A stretch of DNA of 64,000 nt from a bacterium (GTDB taxonomy: Bacteria > Eisenbacteria > RBG-16-71-46). The stretch covers positions 19,717 to 83,716 of the forward strand of contig JAYWEM010000001.1 in assembly GCA_043779265.1 (NCBI GenBank), read 5' to 3'. A program made the translations under genes and the position numbers. The notes below the pieces were generated by a model. It was given only the letters and a program-made list of their open reading frames with translations. It searched no databases and was not told the DNA's origin. How positions within the stretch are numbered: the first letter of the stretch is position 1; each line of letters starts with the position of its first letter. Shown one piece after another: positions 44,231 to 53,941 of the stretch.

Positions 44231-46098
44231 GCAGCGCACTGCCTCCCATCGTGCCGGCCGAGCCGCCGGCGCATCGCGCCGCCGCGCCTGAGGATGTCGT
44301 CGATTCGGGCGCGTTCGAACGCGCGCTCGGGCTCGCGGCGAGCGCACACGCGCCTGTCGTGGTGCCCGCGCGGGCGCTGCCCATCTCGCTGCCCATGTCG
44401 CCGGTCCAGGAGGGCGAGGCGCGACTGCCGGGGGAGTCGCAGCTCCCGGCCGACTCCGGATCCGGAGCGTCGTCGTCCGTCCCCGTGATGGTGACGGTGC
44501 CACGCGACGGACACCTCGGAGATCCGATCGGCTCGACCGCATTCCGCTTCCCGCAACCGGGCCCGGAGCGTGCGCCGATGTCGGGTCCTCCGCCTCACGA
44601 GGCGCAACCGATGGTCGAGGGCAGGCACGGCTCGCCGAGTGATGCGCACCGAAGGGGCGCTGCGATGCCCGCATCGGACCTGGATCCGCTTCGCACTCCG
44701 CAGCAGGACTCGTCGGCGGGGACTCGCGGCTCGACTCCCGCCATGCCGATCGGGCAGCGGGTCCAGCTCGCCGCGGATGGGTTTCCGCTGCCTGCTCCGG
44801 CGAGCGATTCGGGGGACGTGCCGACGTCGCGGTTCGCCATCCGCGCGCCGCTCCGTGAGGCTCCGGTCGCACCGCTTCGCACGCCACCCGTCCGCGATCC
44901 CGTGGAACAGGTCCCCACGACGCATGAGGCGGGCGAGTCCGCGCCCGTGGTCCGCGCGCTGCCCGCCGCACTTGCGCTCGATGTGCGCGTGATCGCCTCA
45001 CGCATCGCACCCGCGCTGCGCCGTGGAGGCATGCTCGATGCGGAGCGTCCGCGCGCGATCGCAGCGCAGCCACAGGCGAGTGCATCGCCACGCACTCTCG
45101 AGCCCAACCCTGCTCAGGTCGCTCCCCGGGCAGCCGGCGAACTCCTCATGCGCCTGGGGCAGCCGTTGTTCGAGGCGGACGCCTCGGCGCCTGCAACCGT
45201 CGATCCATCCGTCCCGAGTGAGCGTCCGCTCCCGGCTGCATCGGTGCTCCACGCCACGTCTTCGACGCGATTCCCGCTCATGGCGGCGCACGCGTTCGAG
45301 TCCGCATCGATCGCCCCGGTCGAATCGTCGGCTGTCCCGCCCCCGGCAGCGGTCCGTGCGAGCTCGGAGCCGTCGAGTCCGGACGCGACGATGCGCGCAG
45401 CCGATTCCGAGTCAGCGGAGGAGACGTCGATCCCACGCACGAGTCCTCCCGTCGCACGCACGGTGGCGCACTCGACGATGCAGCAGGGACAGGAGCGGTC
45501 CGGACAGCGGAAGCGTGAACAGGCGGCACCGGCGCCCGCTGCCGTCGCTGCGTCGGGCGCTGCGACCGAGCCGGCGACCCAGCCGATCGCTCTCGCAAGC
45601 CCGAGCGTTCCGGCTCCAGCCGCCGGTGCTTCGCTCGGGACGGCCGATGCCGCCGGCACTCCCGGAGCCGACTCGGCAACGCTCCAGCGCGCTGAGGCGG
45701 CGCTCCTGTCGCGATTGAGCCCGGAGCGCCGTGCCGCCGACCAGGTGACGCTGCGCTTCGAGGGCGAGGGCGGTCTGGAGGGACGATTGCGCGTGAGCGT
45801 GAGGGGCGATCAGGTGCACGCGCGATTCCTCACCGAGGACGCGAAGACGATGGAGCGCCTCAGCGGCGAGATGCGATCGCTGCAGCGATCGCTCGAGGAG
45901 CGGGGATTCCGCGATGCCCGCGTGTCGATTCAGGACCTGCGCACACCGGCTGGTGCAGAAGCACGGCCTGATGCGCGCAGTGCAGAGGAGCGCCGGCAGG
46001 GAGAGCCGGGGCGTCGTCATTCAGGGGGTGAGCAACACGAGGACTCCGGGCCGGATGGCCATCGGGGTCGTCGCAACGCACGAGAGGGGAGGCGCTGA
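44227..46098 (+). CDS. fliK: Hook-length control protein FliK
   Basis: Long Pro/Ala/Ser low-complexity region plus a C-terminal T3S4-like domain 'GRLRVSVRGDQVHARF...LQRSLEERG'; precedes flgD. Confidence 0.82.
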   Translation: MSSALPPIVPAEPPAHRAAAPEDVVDSGAFERALGLAASAHAPVVVPARALPISLPMSPVQEGEARLPGESQLPADSGSGASSSVPVMVTVPRDGHLGDPIGSTAFRFPQPGPERAPMSGPPPHEAQPMVEGRHGSPSDAHRRGAAMPASDLDPLRTPQQDSSAGTRGSTPAMPIGQRVQLAADGFPLPAPASDSGDVPTSRFAIRAPLREAPVAPLRTPPVRDPVEQVPTTHEAGESAPVVRALPAALALDVRVIASRIAPALRRGGMLDAERPRAIAAQPQASASPRTLEPNPAQVAPRAAGELLMRLGQPLFEADASAPATVDPSVPSERPLPAASVLHATSSTRFPLMAAHAFESASIAPVESSAVPPPAAVRASSEPSSPDATMRAADSESAEETSIPRTSPPVARTVAHSTMQQGQERSGQRKREQAAPAPAAVAASGAATEPATQPIALASPSVPAPAAGASLGTADAAGTPGADSATLQRAEAALLSRLSPERRAADQVTLRFEGEGGLEGRLRVSVRGDQVHARFLTEDAKTMERLSGEMRSLQRSLEERGFRDARVSIQDLRTPAGAEARPDARSAEERRQGEPGRRHSGGEQHEDSGPDGHRGRRNAREGRR

Positions 46099-46100
46099 GC

Positions 46101-46889
46101 ATGATCACGCCCATCACGAATCCGGAGTTCTTCAACGCGACCGGCACCGGCGCGCCGTCGGCGCCCAAGAAGGAACTCGACAAGGACGCGTTCCTCACGC
46201 TGCTGATCCGGCAGCTGAAGAACCAGGATCCACTGAGCCCGTTGCAGCCGCATGAACTCGCGGCCCAGTTGGCGCAGTTCAGCAGCGTCGAGCAGCTCAG
46301 CAATCTCAATGCCTCGATGGCGGCACAGACCCTCGCGAGCCAGATGGCGGCACTCGTCGGTCAGACGGCGCTGTCGGCGTCGCTGCTCGGGCGCGATGTC
46401 GTGGCCTATGGATCGCAGGTGAACGTCACGTCCGGCACGACCCCGAGCGTGCGTATCGACGTGGGCGGCGCCGGCGGTCAGGGCACGCTGTCGCTCAAGG
46501 ACTCGACGGGTCGGGTGATCGCCACGCGCGAACTCGGTCGTGTCGGGCCCGGCATGCAGAATCTGGCGCTTCCCAACGATCTGCCCGCAGGCAACTGGAC
46601 CTACGAGGTCAAGGTCCGCTCGGGCGATCGGGATGTGCCGGTGACGAGGTTCACGAGCGGCACCGTGAGCGCCGTGGAGTTCAAGAACGGGCGCATCGTG
46701 CTCAAGCTCGGAACGCTCGAGATCTCGCTCGATGACCTGCTGCAGATCGAGAGCGGCGGCCAGGTCACGACCACAGGCGGCGGCGGCACGGGAGGCACCG
46801 GCGGCACCGGTGGCACCGGCGGTGGCGACGTGCCGGGTCAGACCGACGATCCGCTGGAACGCCTGCGACGAGCCATCCGAGCGTACTGA
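46101..46889 (+). CDS. flgD: Hook capping protein FlgD
   Basis: 'LDKDAFLTLLIRQLKNQDPLSP', 'AQLAQFSSVEQL'. Confidence 0.94.
   Translation: MITPITNPEFFNATGTGAPSAPKKELDKDAFLTLLIRQLKNQDPLSPLQPHELAAQLAQFSSVEQLSNLNASMAAQTLASQMAALVGQTALSASLLGRDVVAYGSQVNVTSGTTPSVRIDVGGAGGQGTLSLKDSTGRVIATRELGRVGPGMQNLALPNDLPAGNWTYEVKVRSGDRDVPVTRFTSGTVSAVEFKNGRIVLKLGTLEISLDDLLQIESGGQVTTTGGGGTGGTGGTGGTGGGDVPGQTDDPLERLRRAIRAY
46785..46820 (+). repeat. 4 x 9-bp tandem repeat (Gly-Thr-Gly) in the flgD tail
   Basis: ggcacggga ggcaccggc ggcaccggt ggcaccggc. Confidence 0.8.
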
Positions 46890-46945
46890 GACCTTCACAC
46901 CACACGATCACGAAGTCCTCACCATCCCGAGGAGGGAACACCATC

Positions 46946-48199
46946 ATGATGCGAGCACTCTTCGCCGGCGTGTCCGGTCTGCGCAATCATCAGACGCGAA
47001 TGGACGTCATCGGTAACAACATCGCCAACGTCAACACCGTGGCGTTCAAGTCATCGCGCGTGACGTTCAAGGAGGCGTTCGTCCAGCTGCTGCAGGGCGC
47101 GTCGCGTCCTCCGGGCAATCAGGGCGGTATCAATCCGATCCAGATCGGTACGGGCATGAACGTCGCCAGCATCGATCAGTTGTTCACGCAGGGCAGTCTC
47201 GAGAGCACCGGGCAGCCGCTCGACCTGGCGATCCAGGGCGACGCGCTGTTCGTGCTCGCCGACGGCCCCCGCACCCTGTTCACGCGAGCTGGCAACTTCC
47301 AGCTCGACGCCAACGGCCGCCTCATCTCGCCGAGCTCGGGCAACGTCGTCCAGGGCATCAATGCCGACTCGCTCGGTAACTTCTCGACGGGCTCGACCAT
47401 CACCGACGTGCAGCTGCGTCTGGGTGAGAAGTCGCCGGCACAGGCGACGGGCAACGTCACGCTGTCGGGCAACCTCGACGCCAATGCGGCGATCGGCGCG
47501 ACGCACACGATGGGAATCACCGTGTACGACTCGGCCGGCACGCCGCACGACATGCAGCTCACGTTCACGAACACGGGCGCGGGGGCCTGGAGCTGGCAGG
47601 GCAGCTCCGCCACGGCGACGGTGGCTCCGGCGGGATCCGGCACGGCGACGTTCAGCCCGACCGGCAGCCTGCTCGGCTTCACGTTCCCGGGCGGCGGCAC
47701 GAACATCGCGATGACGCCGACGAGCGGTGGCGCTCCATTCAATGTCGTGGTCAATCCCGGCACGATCAACGGCATCGACGGACTGGCGAGCTTCGCGAAT
47801 CCGTCGAACGGCGTGATCAGCGGCCAGGATGGCTATCAATCGGGTAGCCTTCAGGGGATCAGCGTCGACAACTCGGGCATCATCACGGGCTACTTCACGA
47901 ACGGCGTCTCGCGTGCGCTCGCACAGGTGGCGCTGGCGCAGTTCACGAATCCCTCGGGTCTGCTGCGAACGGGTGACAACACGTACTCGGAGTCGGCCAA
48001 CTCGGGCGGCCCGGTGATCGGCTTCGCGGGCGGCACCATCTCCTCCAGTATCACGCCCGGTGCACTCGAGGGTTCGAACGTCGACATCTCGCAGGAGTTC
48101 ACCAACATGATCATCGCGCAGCGTGGCTTCCAGGCGAACGCGCGAGTGATCTCGACGTCGGACGAGATGCTCAACGAGCTGGTGAACCTCCGCCGGTAA
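46946..48199 (+). CDS. flgE: Flagellar hook protein FlgE
   Basis: 'MDVIGNNIANVNT', 'DLAIQG', 'TRAGNF', 'LEGSNVDISQEFTNMIIAQRGFQAN'. Confidence 0.95.
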   Translation: MMRALFAGVSGLRNHQTRMDVIGNNIANVNTVAFKSSRVTFKEAFVQLLQGASRPPGNQGGINPIQIGTGMNVASIDQLFTQGSLESTGQPLDLAIQGDALFVLADGPRTLFTRAGNFQLDANGRLISPSSGNVVQGINADSLGNFSTGSTITDVQLRLGEKSPAQATGNVTLSGNLDANAAIGATHTMGITVYDSAGTPHDMQLTFTNTGAGAWSWQGSSATATVAPAGSGTATFSPTGSLLGFTFPGGGTNIAMTPTSGGAPFNVVVNPGTINGIDGLASFANPSNGVISGQDGYQSGSLQGISVDNSGIITGYFTNGVSRALAQVALAQFTNPSGLLRTGDNTYSESANSGGPVIGFAGGTISSSITPGALEGSNVDISQEFTNMIIAQRGFQANARVISTSDEMLNELVNLRR

Positions 48200-48216
48200 T
48201 CGCTGAGTCGAGTTGA

Positions 48217-48256
48217 ACGCCGGGCCCGGAGCCGCAGATGGCTCCGGGCCCGGCGT
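48217..48256 (+). terminator. 17-bp stem hairpin after flgE
   Basis: acgccgggcccggagcc-gcagat-ggctccgggcccggcgt. Confidence 0.8.
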
Positions 48257-48270
48257 GCTTCCGCCCGGAC

Positions 48271-48306
48271 CGGAAGTTCCTGCCGCCTCCCCGGCATCTC
48301 CTGCAC
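48271..48306. promoter_or_regulatory. Putative activator enhancer sites upstream of fliL
   Basis: CGGAAGTTCCTGCCG (48271-48285) and a weaker CGGCATCTCCTGCAC (48292-48306). Confidence 0.6.
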
Positions 48307-48437
48307 CGAGGCTCCGGAGTGGGTGCTCCGGAGAGGCCCATCGGCGACGGGCACCGGCGCTGGCAGAGCCCCGCAACTCACGCAGTCGCCGCCGTTTGGT
48401 CGCCTGCCCGAATCGCCTCGATCAGCCTGCAGCCCGA

Positions 48438-48453
48438 TGGCACATCCATTGCG
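48438..48453 (+). promoter_or_regulatory. Sigma-54 promoter of the fliL operon
   Basis: TGGCACATCCATTGCG, near consensus TGGCAC-N5-TTGC. Confidence 0.8.
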
Positions 48454-48500
48454 GTGTGCGAGGTGGAGCGTCGTCCATCCACCCATCGAGGCAGGGAGCC

Positions 48501-49118
48501 ATGAGCGAGACCAAGTCGGAGACCCCGGCGGCCAAGGAGGGCGCCGTGGGAGCGGAGGGCGCCAAGGCGAAGGCCGGCCCGCCCATCGTGCTGATCGCCG
48601 TCGTGCTGGTGGCTGTGATCGCGGGCGCCGCGCTCGGAGCATTCCTCATCGCGCCGCCGATGATCCAGTCGAAGCAGAAGGCCGAGTTGGCGACACGCAT
48701 CGCGGAGGCTGAGGCGGGGCCGGACGCGAAGAAGAAGAAGAAGGACAAGGGGAAGGGCAAGAAGAAGGACGATGGACACGGCGGCGGACATGGCGGCGAT
48801 GCCTCCAAGTCGCCGATCTACCGTGTCGACAACGTCATCGTGAACCCGGCGGGATCACACGGCCAACGATTCCTCATGTGCTCGGTCGCGGTCCAGCTGG
48901 ATGATGAGGCGCTGGTCGAGGTGTTGCGCGCCCGTGACGTCGAAGTCCGCGACCTCGTCATCTCGACGCTCGAGTCGAACACACTCGCTCAGCTGACCCA
49001 GCCGGGCGCGCGAGACACGTTGCGCATTCGTCTCACTCACGTGCTGCAGCCCCTGCTCGATCACGAGGGCGAAGGCGCGCACATGCGGGTGTTCCTGCCG
49101 CAGTTCGTCATCCAGTGA
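48501..49118 (+). CDS. fliL: Flagellar basal body-associated protein FliL
   Basis: N-terminal TM; 'NVIVNPAGS..RFL', 'VRDLVI', C-terminal 'VFLPQFVIQ'. Confidence 0.9.
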   Translation: MSETKSETPAAKEGAVGAEGAKAKAGPPIVLIAVVLVAVIAGAALGAFLIAPPMIQSKQKAELATRIAEAEAGPDAKKKKKDKGKGKKKDDGHGGGHGGDASKSPIYRVDNVIVNPAGSHGQRFLMCSVAVQLDDEALVEVLRARDVEVRDLVISTLESNTLAQLTQPGARDTLRIRLTHVLQPLLDHEGEGAHMRVFLPQFVIQ

Positions 49119-49128
49119 GCGTCCTTCG

Positions 49129-50205
49129 ATGAGCGACCTCCGCAACTTGGATGATCCGGACGGTCTCTACAAGCGGGGCCCGGCCGCGAACAAGATGACG
49201 TCGGACTCGCTGACCCAGCGCGAGATCGACACGATCCTCCAGCGCACGACCACGGTGCCGCTCGCGCCGGTGCTCGCCGAGGAGGTCGTTCCCTACAACT
49301 TCAGTCGGCCGCCTCGCATCTCCAAGGAGCGACGGGCGACGCTGGAGTCCATCTACGCGCGGTTCGCCCTGTCGTTGCAGGGGTTGCTCAGCTCCCTGCT
49401 GCGTACGCCCGTCGACATCGACGCGAGCAGCATCGAGCAGTCCATGTTCTCGGAGTTCATCCTCTCGCTCGGCCGTCCCTGTGCTTCCTTCATCTTCAAC
49501 GTGGGTGACCGCCTGGGAGCGCAGGGGGCGATGGATCTCAGCACCGATTTCTCCTTCCACTTCGTCGACCGGCTGTTCGGCGGACCCGGCGATGCCGTCG
49601 ATCTCCAGCGCTCCCTCACGCCACTCGAACAGTCCGTGGTCCGGAATTTAAGCGACCGCACGCTCGGACTGCTTCGCGAAGCCTGGGCGGAGCACCTCCC
49701 GATCAATCCCAAGGTGACCGGTTTCGAGTCGAATCCCGAGATGCTGCAGATCACGAGCCGCGAGGACAACGTGCTGGTGACGAACCTCGAGATCCGCTCG
49801 GCGTCGTACCAGGGGTTCATCTCGCTGTGTCTGCCGATGGCCGCGCTCGAGACGTTCCTCCAGGAGAAGGGCATGGCCCGCCAGAGCGTGCGGCTGTCCG
49901 AGTCGGAGCAGGGTGACCAGCGCCGGCTCGCGATCGGTGGACTGCAGCACGCGCATGTCTCCGGCTCCGCCCGCCTGCCGCAGTTGTGGCTCACCGCGCG
50001 TCAGATCTCCGAACTGGCCCCGGGCCGCGTGCTGCAGACGTCGCACCCGGTCGACGCTCCCATCGAACTTCATCTCAATGGCCGGCTCCGGTTCATCGGC
50101 GCGCTCGGTCAGGTCCGTCGTCAACTCGGGCTCCGTATCTCGGAGCGCGTTCACACACCGGATGCCGAAAGGCCCGTCCGGACTCGTCAGGGGAGGGTGA
50201 TGTGA
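49129..50205 (+). CDS. fliM: Motor switch protein FliM
   Basis: CheY-binding-like 'LTQREIDTIL', 'YNFSRPPRISKE', 'ESNPEMLQI', C-terminal SPOA domain. Confidence 0.93.
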   Translation: MSDLRNLDDPDGLYKRGPAANKMTSDSLTQREIDTILQRTTTVPLAPVLAEEVVPYNFSRPPRISKERRATLESIYARFALSLQGLLSSLLRTPVDIDASSIEQSMFSEFILSLGRPCASFIFNVGDRLGAQGAMDLSTDFSFHFVDRLFGGPGDAVDLQRSLTPLEQSVVRNLSDRTLGLLREAWAEHLPINPKVTGFESNPEMLQITSREDNVLVTNLEIRSASYQGFISLCLPMAALETFLQEKGMARQSVRLSESEQGDQRRLAIGGLQHAHVSGSARLPQLWLTARQISELAPGRVLQTSHPVDAPIELHLNGRLRFIGALGQVRRQLGLRISERVHTPDAERPVRTRQGRVM

Positions 50206-50528
50206 GTCTCCAGGATCCCGTTCCGGATCTGCCTTCGATCTCCGAAGTCGTCATGGAGGATGCGGTGGGGCCGCCCTCGTTCGATGCACTGCTCGATGTC
50301 TCCATGCCGGTGGCGATCGAGATCGGCCGTGCCAGCATGACCGTGGCGGAGATCCTGCAGGTTGGGGTCGGCTCGGTCGTCCAGCTCGATCGCATCGTCG
50401 GCGAGCCGGTGGACATCTATGTGAGCGATCGCCGCTTCGCGCAGGGTGAGGTCGTGGTCGTGGGCGAGCACTTCGGTGTTCGGATCACCCGCGTGCTCGG
50501 CCAGGTGGCTTCACAAGAGGCGGCCTGA
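50202..50528 (+). CDS. fliN: Motor switch protein FliN
   Basis: 'LLDVSMPVAIEIGRA', 'GSVVQLDR', 'GEVVVVGEHFGVRIT'. Confidence 0.94.
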   Translation: MSLQDPVPDLPSISEVVMEDAVGPPSFDALLDVSMPVAIEIGRASMTVAEILQVGVGSVVQLDRIVGEPVDIYVSDRRFAQGEVVVVGEHFGVRITRVLGQVASQEAA

Positions 50529-50532
50529 CCCG

Positions 50533-51786
50533 ATGCTCGCACTTCTCGGCCCGCTCGCCATCGCGCTCGGATTGTGTGCTCTCGCGGCTGCCGTGCTCCG
50601 TCGCTGGCCCATGAACGGCCTGACCCGAGGCTCCGCCTGCACGCTGCGTGTCCTGCAGCGCACGTCGGTGGGGCCGCGTCAGGGTGTCGCACTGCTCCAG
50701 GTCGATGAACGCGTGCTCGTCGTCTCGCTCGGCGACGATGGTGCCCGCCTCCTCACGGAACTCGAGGGTGAATCGCGGATCCGTGCCCTGGCCTCGCTGC
50801 CCCCGGCGCCCGTGGCCGGCGCCCCGCTCCTGAGCTTCCCGGCCGAGCTGAAGGCGTTGCGCGTCATGTTCACCCGAGGCGCTCGTTCGGTCGGTTCGCG
50901 TGCCGCCGCCCTGATGCTGGCGACGCTGATGCTGACCGCGAGTGCGTACGCGCAGACGTCGACTCCGCCGACCTCGACCTCACTTCCTCCGGGCGTGCGG
51001 TCGCTGATTCCTCCTCCGGTTGCCGTCCCGGGTCCCGCCAAGGGGCCGGTGGCCAACACGGCCGCCCAGCCGCGGTCGTCGAGGCTGCCCGGTCCGGTCG
51101 TCACCCCGCCGCCGATGCCCGAGGTCGACATCCGCATCGGCGAGGGCAAGGACCAGATCCGCCTCTCGGGAGCCGTCGGGCTCGTCGTGTTCCTCGGCGT
51201 GCTCACGTTGCTGCCTGCGCTGTTCCTCCTGATGACCAGCTTCACACGCATCCTGATCGTGATGCACTTCCTGCGCTCGGCGCTCGGCACACAGACGACG
51301 CCGCCGTCGCAGCTGCTCGTCGCGCTCTCGGTGCTGCTCACCGGTGTGGTGATGCACCCGGTGCTCGAGCAGACGAATCAGCAGGCGCTGCAGCCTTACT
51401 TCCAAGGGCAGATCACTCAGGCCGAGGCCTACACGCAGGCCGTGGCGCCGTTCCGCGACTTCATGTTGCGCAACGTCCGCGAGCAGGACCTCGCCACGTT
51501 CGCTCGGCTGGCCCGCATCGACGAAGTGTCCGATGAGAGCGAACTGCCGACGCTCGTCGTGGTCTCCGCATTCGTCATCAGCGAGCTTCGCATCGCGTTC
51601 CAGATGGGATTCGTCCTCTATCTGCCTTTCGTCGTGATCGATGTCATCGTCGCCTCCGTCCTCATGAGTCTGGGTATGTTCATGCTGCCGCCGATCATGA
51701 TCTCCATGCCGCTCAAGCTCCTGCTCTTCGTGCTGGCGGATGGCTGGTCGTTGATCGTCCAGAACCTCGTCGCGAGCTTCCGCTAG
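50533..51786 (+). CDS. fliP: FliO-FliP fusion protein
   Basis: N-terminal FliO-like 'LRVLQRTSVGPRQGVALLQVDERVLVV', in frame with FliP 'MTSFTRILIV', 'AFVISEL', 'GMFMLPP', 'FVLADGW'. Confidence 0.9.
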   Translation: MLALLGPLAIALGLCALAAAVLRRWPMNGLTRGSACTLRVLQRTSVGPRQGVALLQVDERVLVVSLGDDGARLLTELEGESRIRALASLPPAPVAGAPLLSFPAELKALRVMFTRGARSVGSRAAALMLATLMLTASAYAQTSTPPTSTSLPPGVRSLIPPPVAVPGPAKGPVANTAAQPRSSRLPGPVVTPPPMPEVDIRIGEGKDQIRLSGAVGLVVFLGVLTLLPALFLLMTSFTRILIVMHFLRSALGTQTTPPSQLLVALSVLLTGVVMHPVLEQTNQQALQPYFQGQITQAEAYTQAVAPFRDFMLRNVREQDLATFARLARIDEVSDESELPTLVVVSAFVISELRIAFQMGFVLYLPFVVIDVIVASVLMSLGMFMLPPIMISMPLKLLLFVLADGWSLIVQNLVASFR

Positions 51787-51788
51787 TC

Positions 51789-52061
51789 ATGTCCGGCGCC
51801 CTCGGCATCGATCTCTTGAGACAGGCGGTCATGCTGTCCTTGCAGGTGGCGGCTCCGATGCTGGCCACGGCGTTGATCGTCGGTCTACTGGTCAGCGTGT
51901 TCCAGGCGGTGACGCAGCTCCAGGAGCAGACGCTGACGTTCATCCCGAAGCTCCTGGTCATCGCGACCGTGTTCATCCTCGCGCTGCCGTGGGCGCTGAA
52001 TCGCCTGGTCGAGTACATGGCGATGATCCTGCGCAGTCTGCCGGCGGTGGCGGCCTCGTGA
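51789..52061 (+). CDS. fliQ: Export apparatus protein FliQ
   Basis: 'VGLLVSVFQAVTQLQEQTLTFIPKL'. Confidence 0.95.
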   Translation: MSGALGIDLLRQAVMLSLQVAAPMLATALIVGLLVSVFQAVTQLQEQTLTFIPKLLVIATVFILALPWALNRLVEYMAMILRSLPAVAAS

Positions 52062-52849
52062 ATGTGATCCCCGAGTTCCTCCGCACCGCGTGGTCGCCCG
52101 AGAACTGGCCGACCTTCGTGCTGCTGACCGCTCGCATCGGCGGCCTGATGTCCACGGCGCCGCTGTGGTCGATGACCGCCATCCCGATGCGACTGCGCTC
52201 GGCGATCACGGTGCTGATCGGGCTCGTGCTCCTGCCGGGGACGAAGCCCGTTCCCGCGCCGGTGGATGTGGTCGGATTCCCGCTCCCCGTCGCCACCGAG
52301 ATGATCATCGGCATCGCGATCGGGTTGGTGGCGGCCGTGCTGGTGCATGCAGCGACGATGGCGGGCGAAGTGCTCTCGCTCCAGATGGGACTGTCGCTCG
52401 GACCGGCGTACTCGCCCGTGCCCGAGATGCAGGTGAGCGGTGTCGCTCCCTTCGTCTCCCTCATGGCGTTGTTCGTCTATGTCGCCGTCGGGGGCCATCT
52501 CGTGATGCTCGAGGGCCTCGCTCGCTCGATCGAACTGCTCCCTCCGGGAGGCGGGGCGAACTTGGGCGGAGGAACGCTGCTCGTGGTCGCGGCCAATCAG
52601 ATGTTCACGTGCGCCGTGACGATCGCGGGCCCGGTGATGGCGACGCTGCTGCTCGTCAACGTGGCCCTCGCGATCCTCAGCCGAGCCGTGCCGCAGATCA
52701 ACGCCATGCTCATCTCGTTCCCGGTCTCGATCGGCGTCGGTCTCCTGATGCTGGCCGCTTCGATGCCCTTGGTCTCCTCCACGACCGCCCAATGGTTCGG
52801 CGAGGTCCCCACGCAGATCGAGCGCGTGTTGGACACGCTGATGCCCTGA
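52058..52849 (+). CDS. fliR: Export apparatus protein FliR
   Basis: 'AGEVLSLQMGLS', 'GGHLVML', 'LSRAVPQIN'. Confidence 0.93.
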   Translation: MNVIPEFLRTAWSPENWPTFVLLTARIGGLMSTAPLWSMTAIPMRLRSAITVLIGLVLLPGTKPVPAPVDVVGFPLPVATEMIIGIAIGLVAAVLVHAATMAGEVLSLQMGLSLGPAYSPVPEMQVSGVAPFVSLMALFVYVAVGGHLVMLEGLARSIELLPPGGGANLGGGTLLVVAANQMFTCAVTIAGPVMATLLLVNVALAILSRAVPQINAMLISFPVSIGVGLLMLAASMPLVSSTTAQWFGEVPTQIERVLDTLMP

Positions 52850-52858
52850 GAGGACGCC

Positions 52859-53941
52859 ATGGCGGAAGACGAAGGCCAGGACAGGACCGAGGACCCCACC
52901 GGGAAACGACGCGAGCAGGCGCGTGAGGAAGGCCAGATCGCGCGCAGCCCCGATCTCGCGGCGGTCGCGATGCTGCTCGCAGGCGCTGGCGTCCTCGCGG
53001 CATCGGGCGGGGCGCCCCTTGCGGATTTCGCCGTCGGCGTGACGCGAAGCTCGGCGGCGTCCCTGTCGGCGGGTGAGCTCACCTCCGCCGGCGCCACACA
53101 GATGCTCACGGGGATCGTCACCGGCTTGCTTCGCGCACTCGCCCCGTTCGCGATCGGCGTGACGCTGGTCACGATCCTCGTCCAGGTGGCGCAGACGCGC
53201 GGCCTGTTCACGACCAAGCCGCTCACCCCCAAGCTGTCCCACTTGAATCCGGTCAGCGGGATCAAGCGGATCGTCGGCATGGATGGCGTCGTCAATCTGT
53301 TGAAGGCGGTACTGAAGACGGCGGCCCTGGGCGCGGTCACGGCGTCCGTTCTGCACCAGTCGTGGCCCGAACTGATGTCGCTGGCCGAGCAGGGAGCGCC
53401 GGCGATTGCAGCGGTGATGGGCGGGCTCACGTTCAAGCTGACGGTGATCACGGGTCTCGCGTTCGCGGTCGTGGCCATCGCCGACTACGGCTACCAGTGG
53501 TACAAGAGCGAAAAGCAACTCAAGATGACGAAGCAGCAGGTCAAGCACGAGGGTCGCGAGTCCGACGGCGATCCGCACGTGAAGGCCCGCATTCGCTCGA
53601 TGCAGCGCCAGCTCGCCCGCCAGCGCATGCTGCAGGCGGTTGCCACGGCCGACGTCGTGGTCACGAACCCGACGCACATCGCCGTCGCCCTGCGCTACGA
53701 TCCCTCGGTCAGTCCGGCTCCGATCGTGGTCGCAATGGGCGAGCGCAAGCTCGCCGAGCGCATCAAGGCCATCGCACGCGCGGCCGCCGTGCCGACGATC
53801 GAGAACAAGCCCATCGCGCGGGCGCTGCTCGCGACCTCGTCGATCGGACATCCCATCCCGCCGGCGCTTTACGCGGCTGTCGCCGAGATCCTGGCCTTCG
53901 TCTATCGCCGACGTCGGGCGAATGAAGGGGCGGCGGCGTGA
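52859..53941 (+). CDS. flhB: Export switch protein FlhB
   Basis: 'RTEDPT..RREQAREEGQ', 'LKMTKQQVK', autocleavage motif 'NPTH', 'YAAVAEILAFVY'. Confidence 0.96.
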   Translation: MAEDEGQDRTEDPTGKRREQAREEGQIARSPDLAAVAMLLAGAGVLAASGGAPLADFAVGVTRSSAASLSAGELTSAGATQMLTGIVTGLLRALAPFAIGVTLVTILVQVAQTRGLFTTKPLTPKLSHLNPVSGIKRIVGMDGVVNLLKAVLKTAALGAVTASVLHQSWPELMSLAEQGAPAIAAVMGGLTFKLTVITGLAFAVVAIADYGYQWYKSEKQLKMTKQQVKHEGRESDGDPHVKARIRSMQRQLARQRMLQAVATADVVVTNPTHIAVALRYDPSVSPAPIVVAMGERKLAERIKAIARAAAVPTIENKPIARALLATSSIGHPIPPALYAAVAEILAFVYRRRRANEGAAA

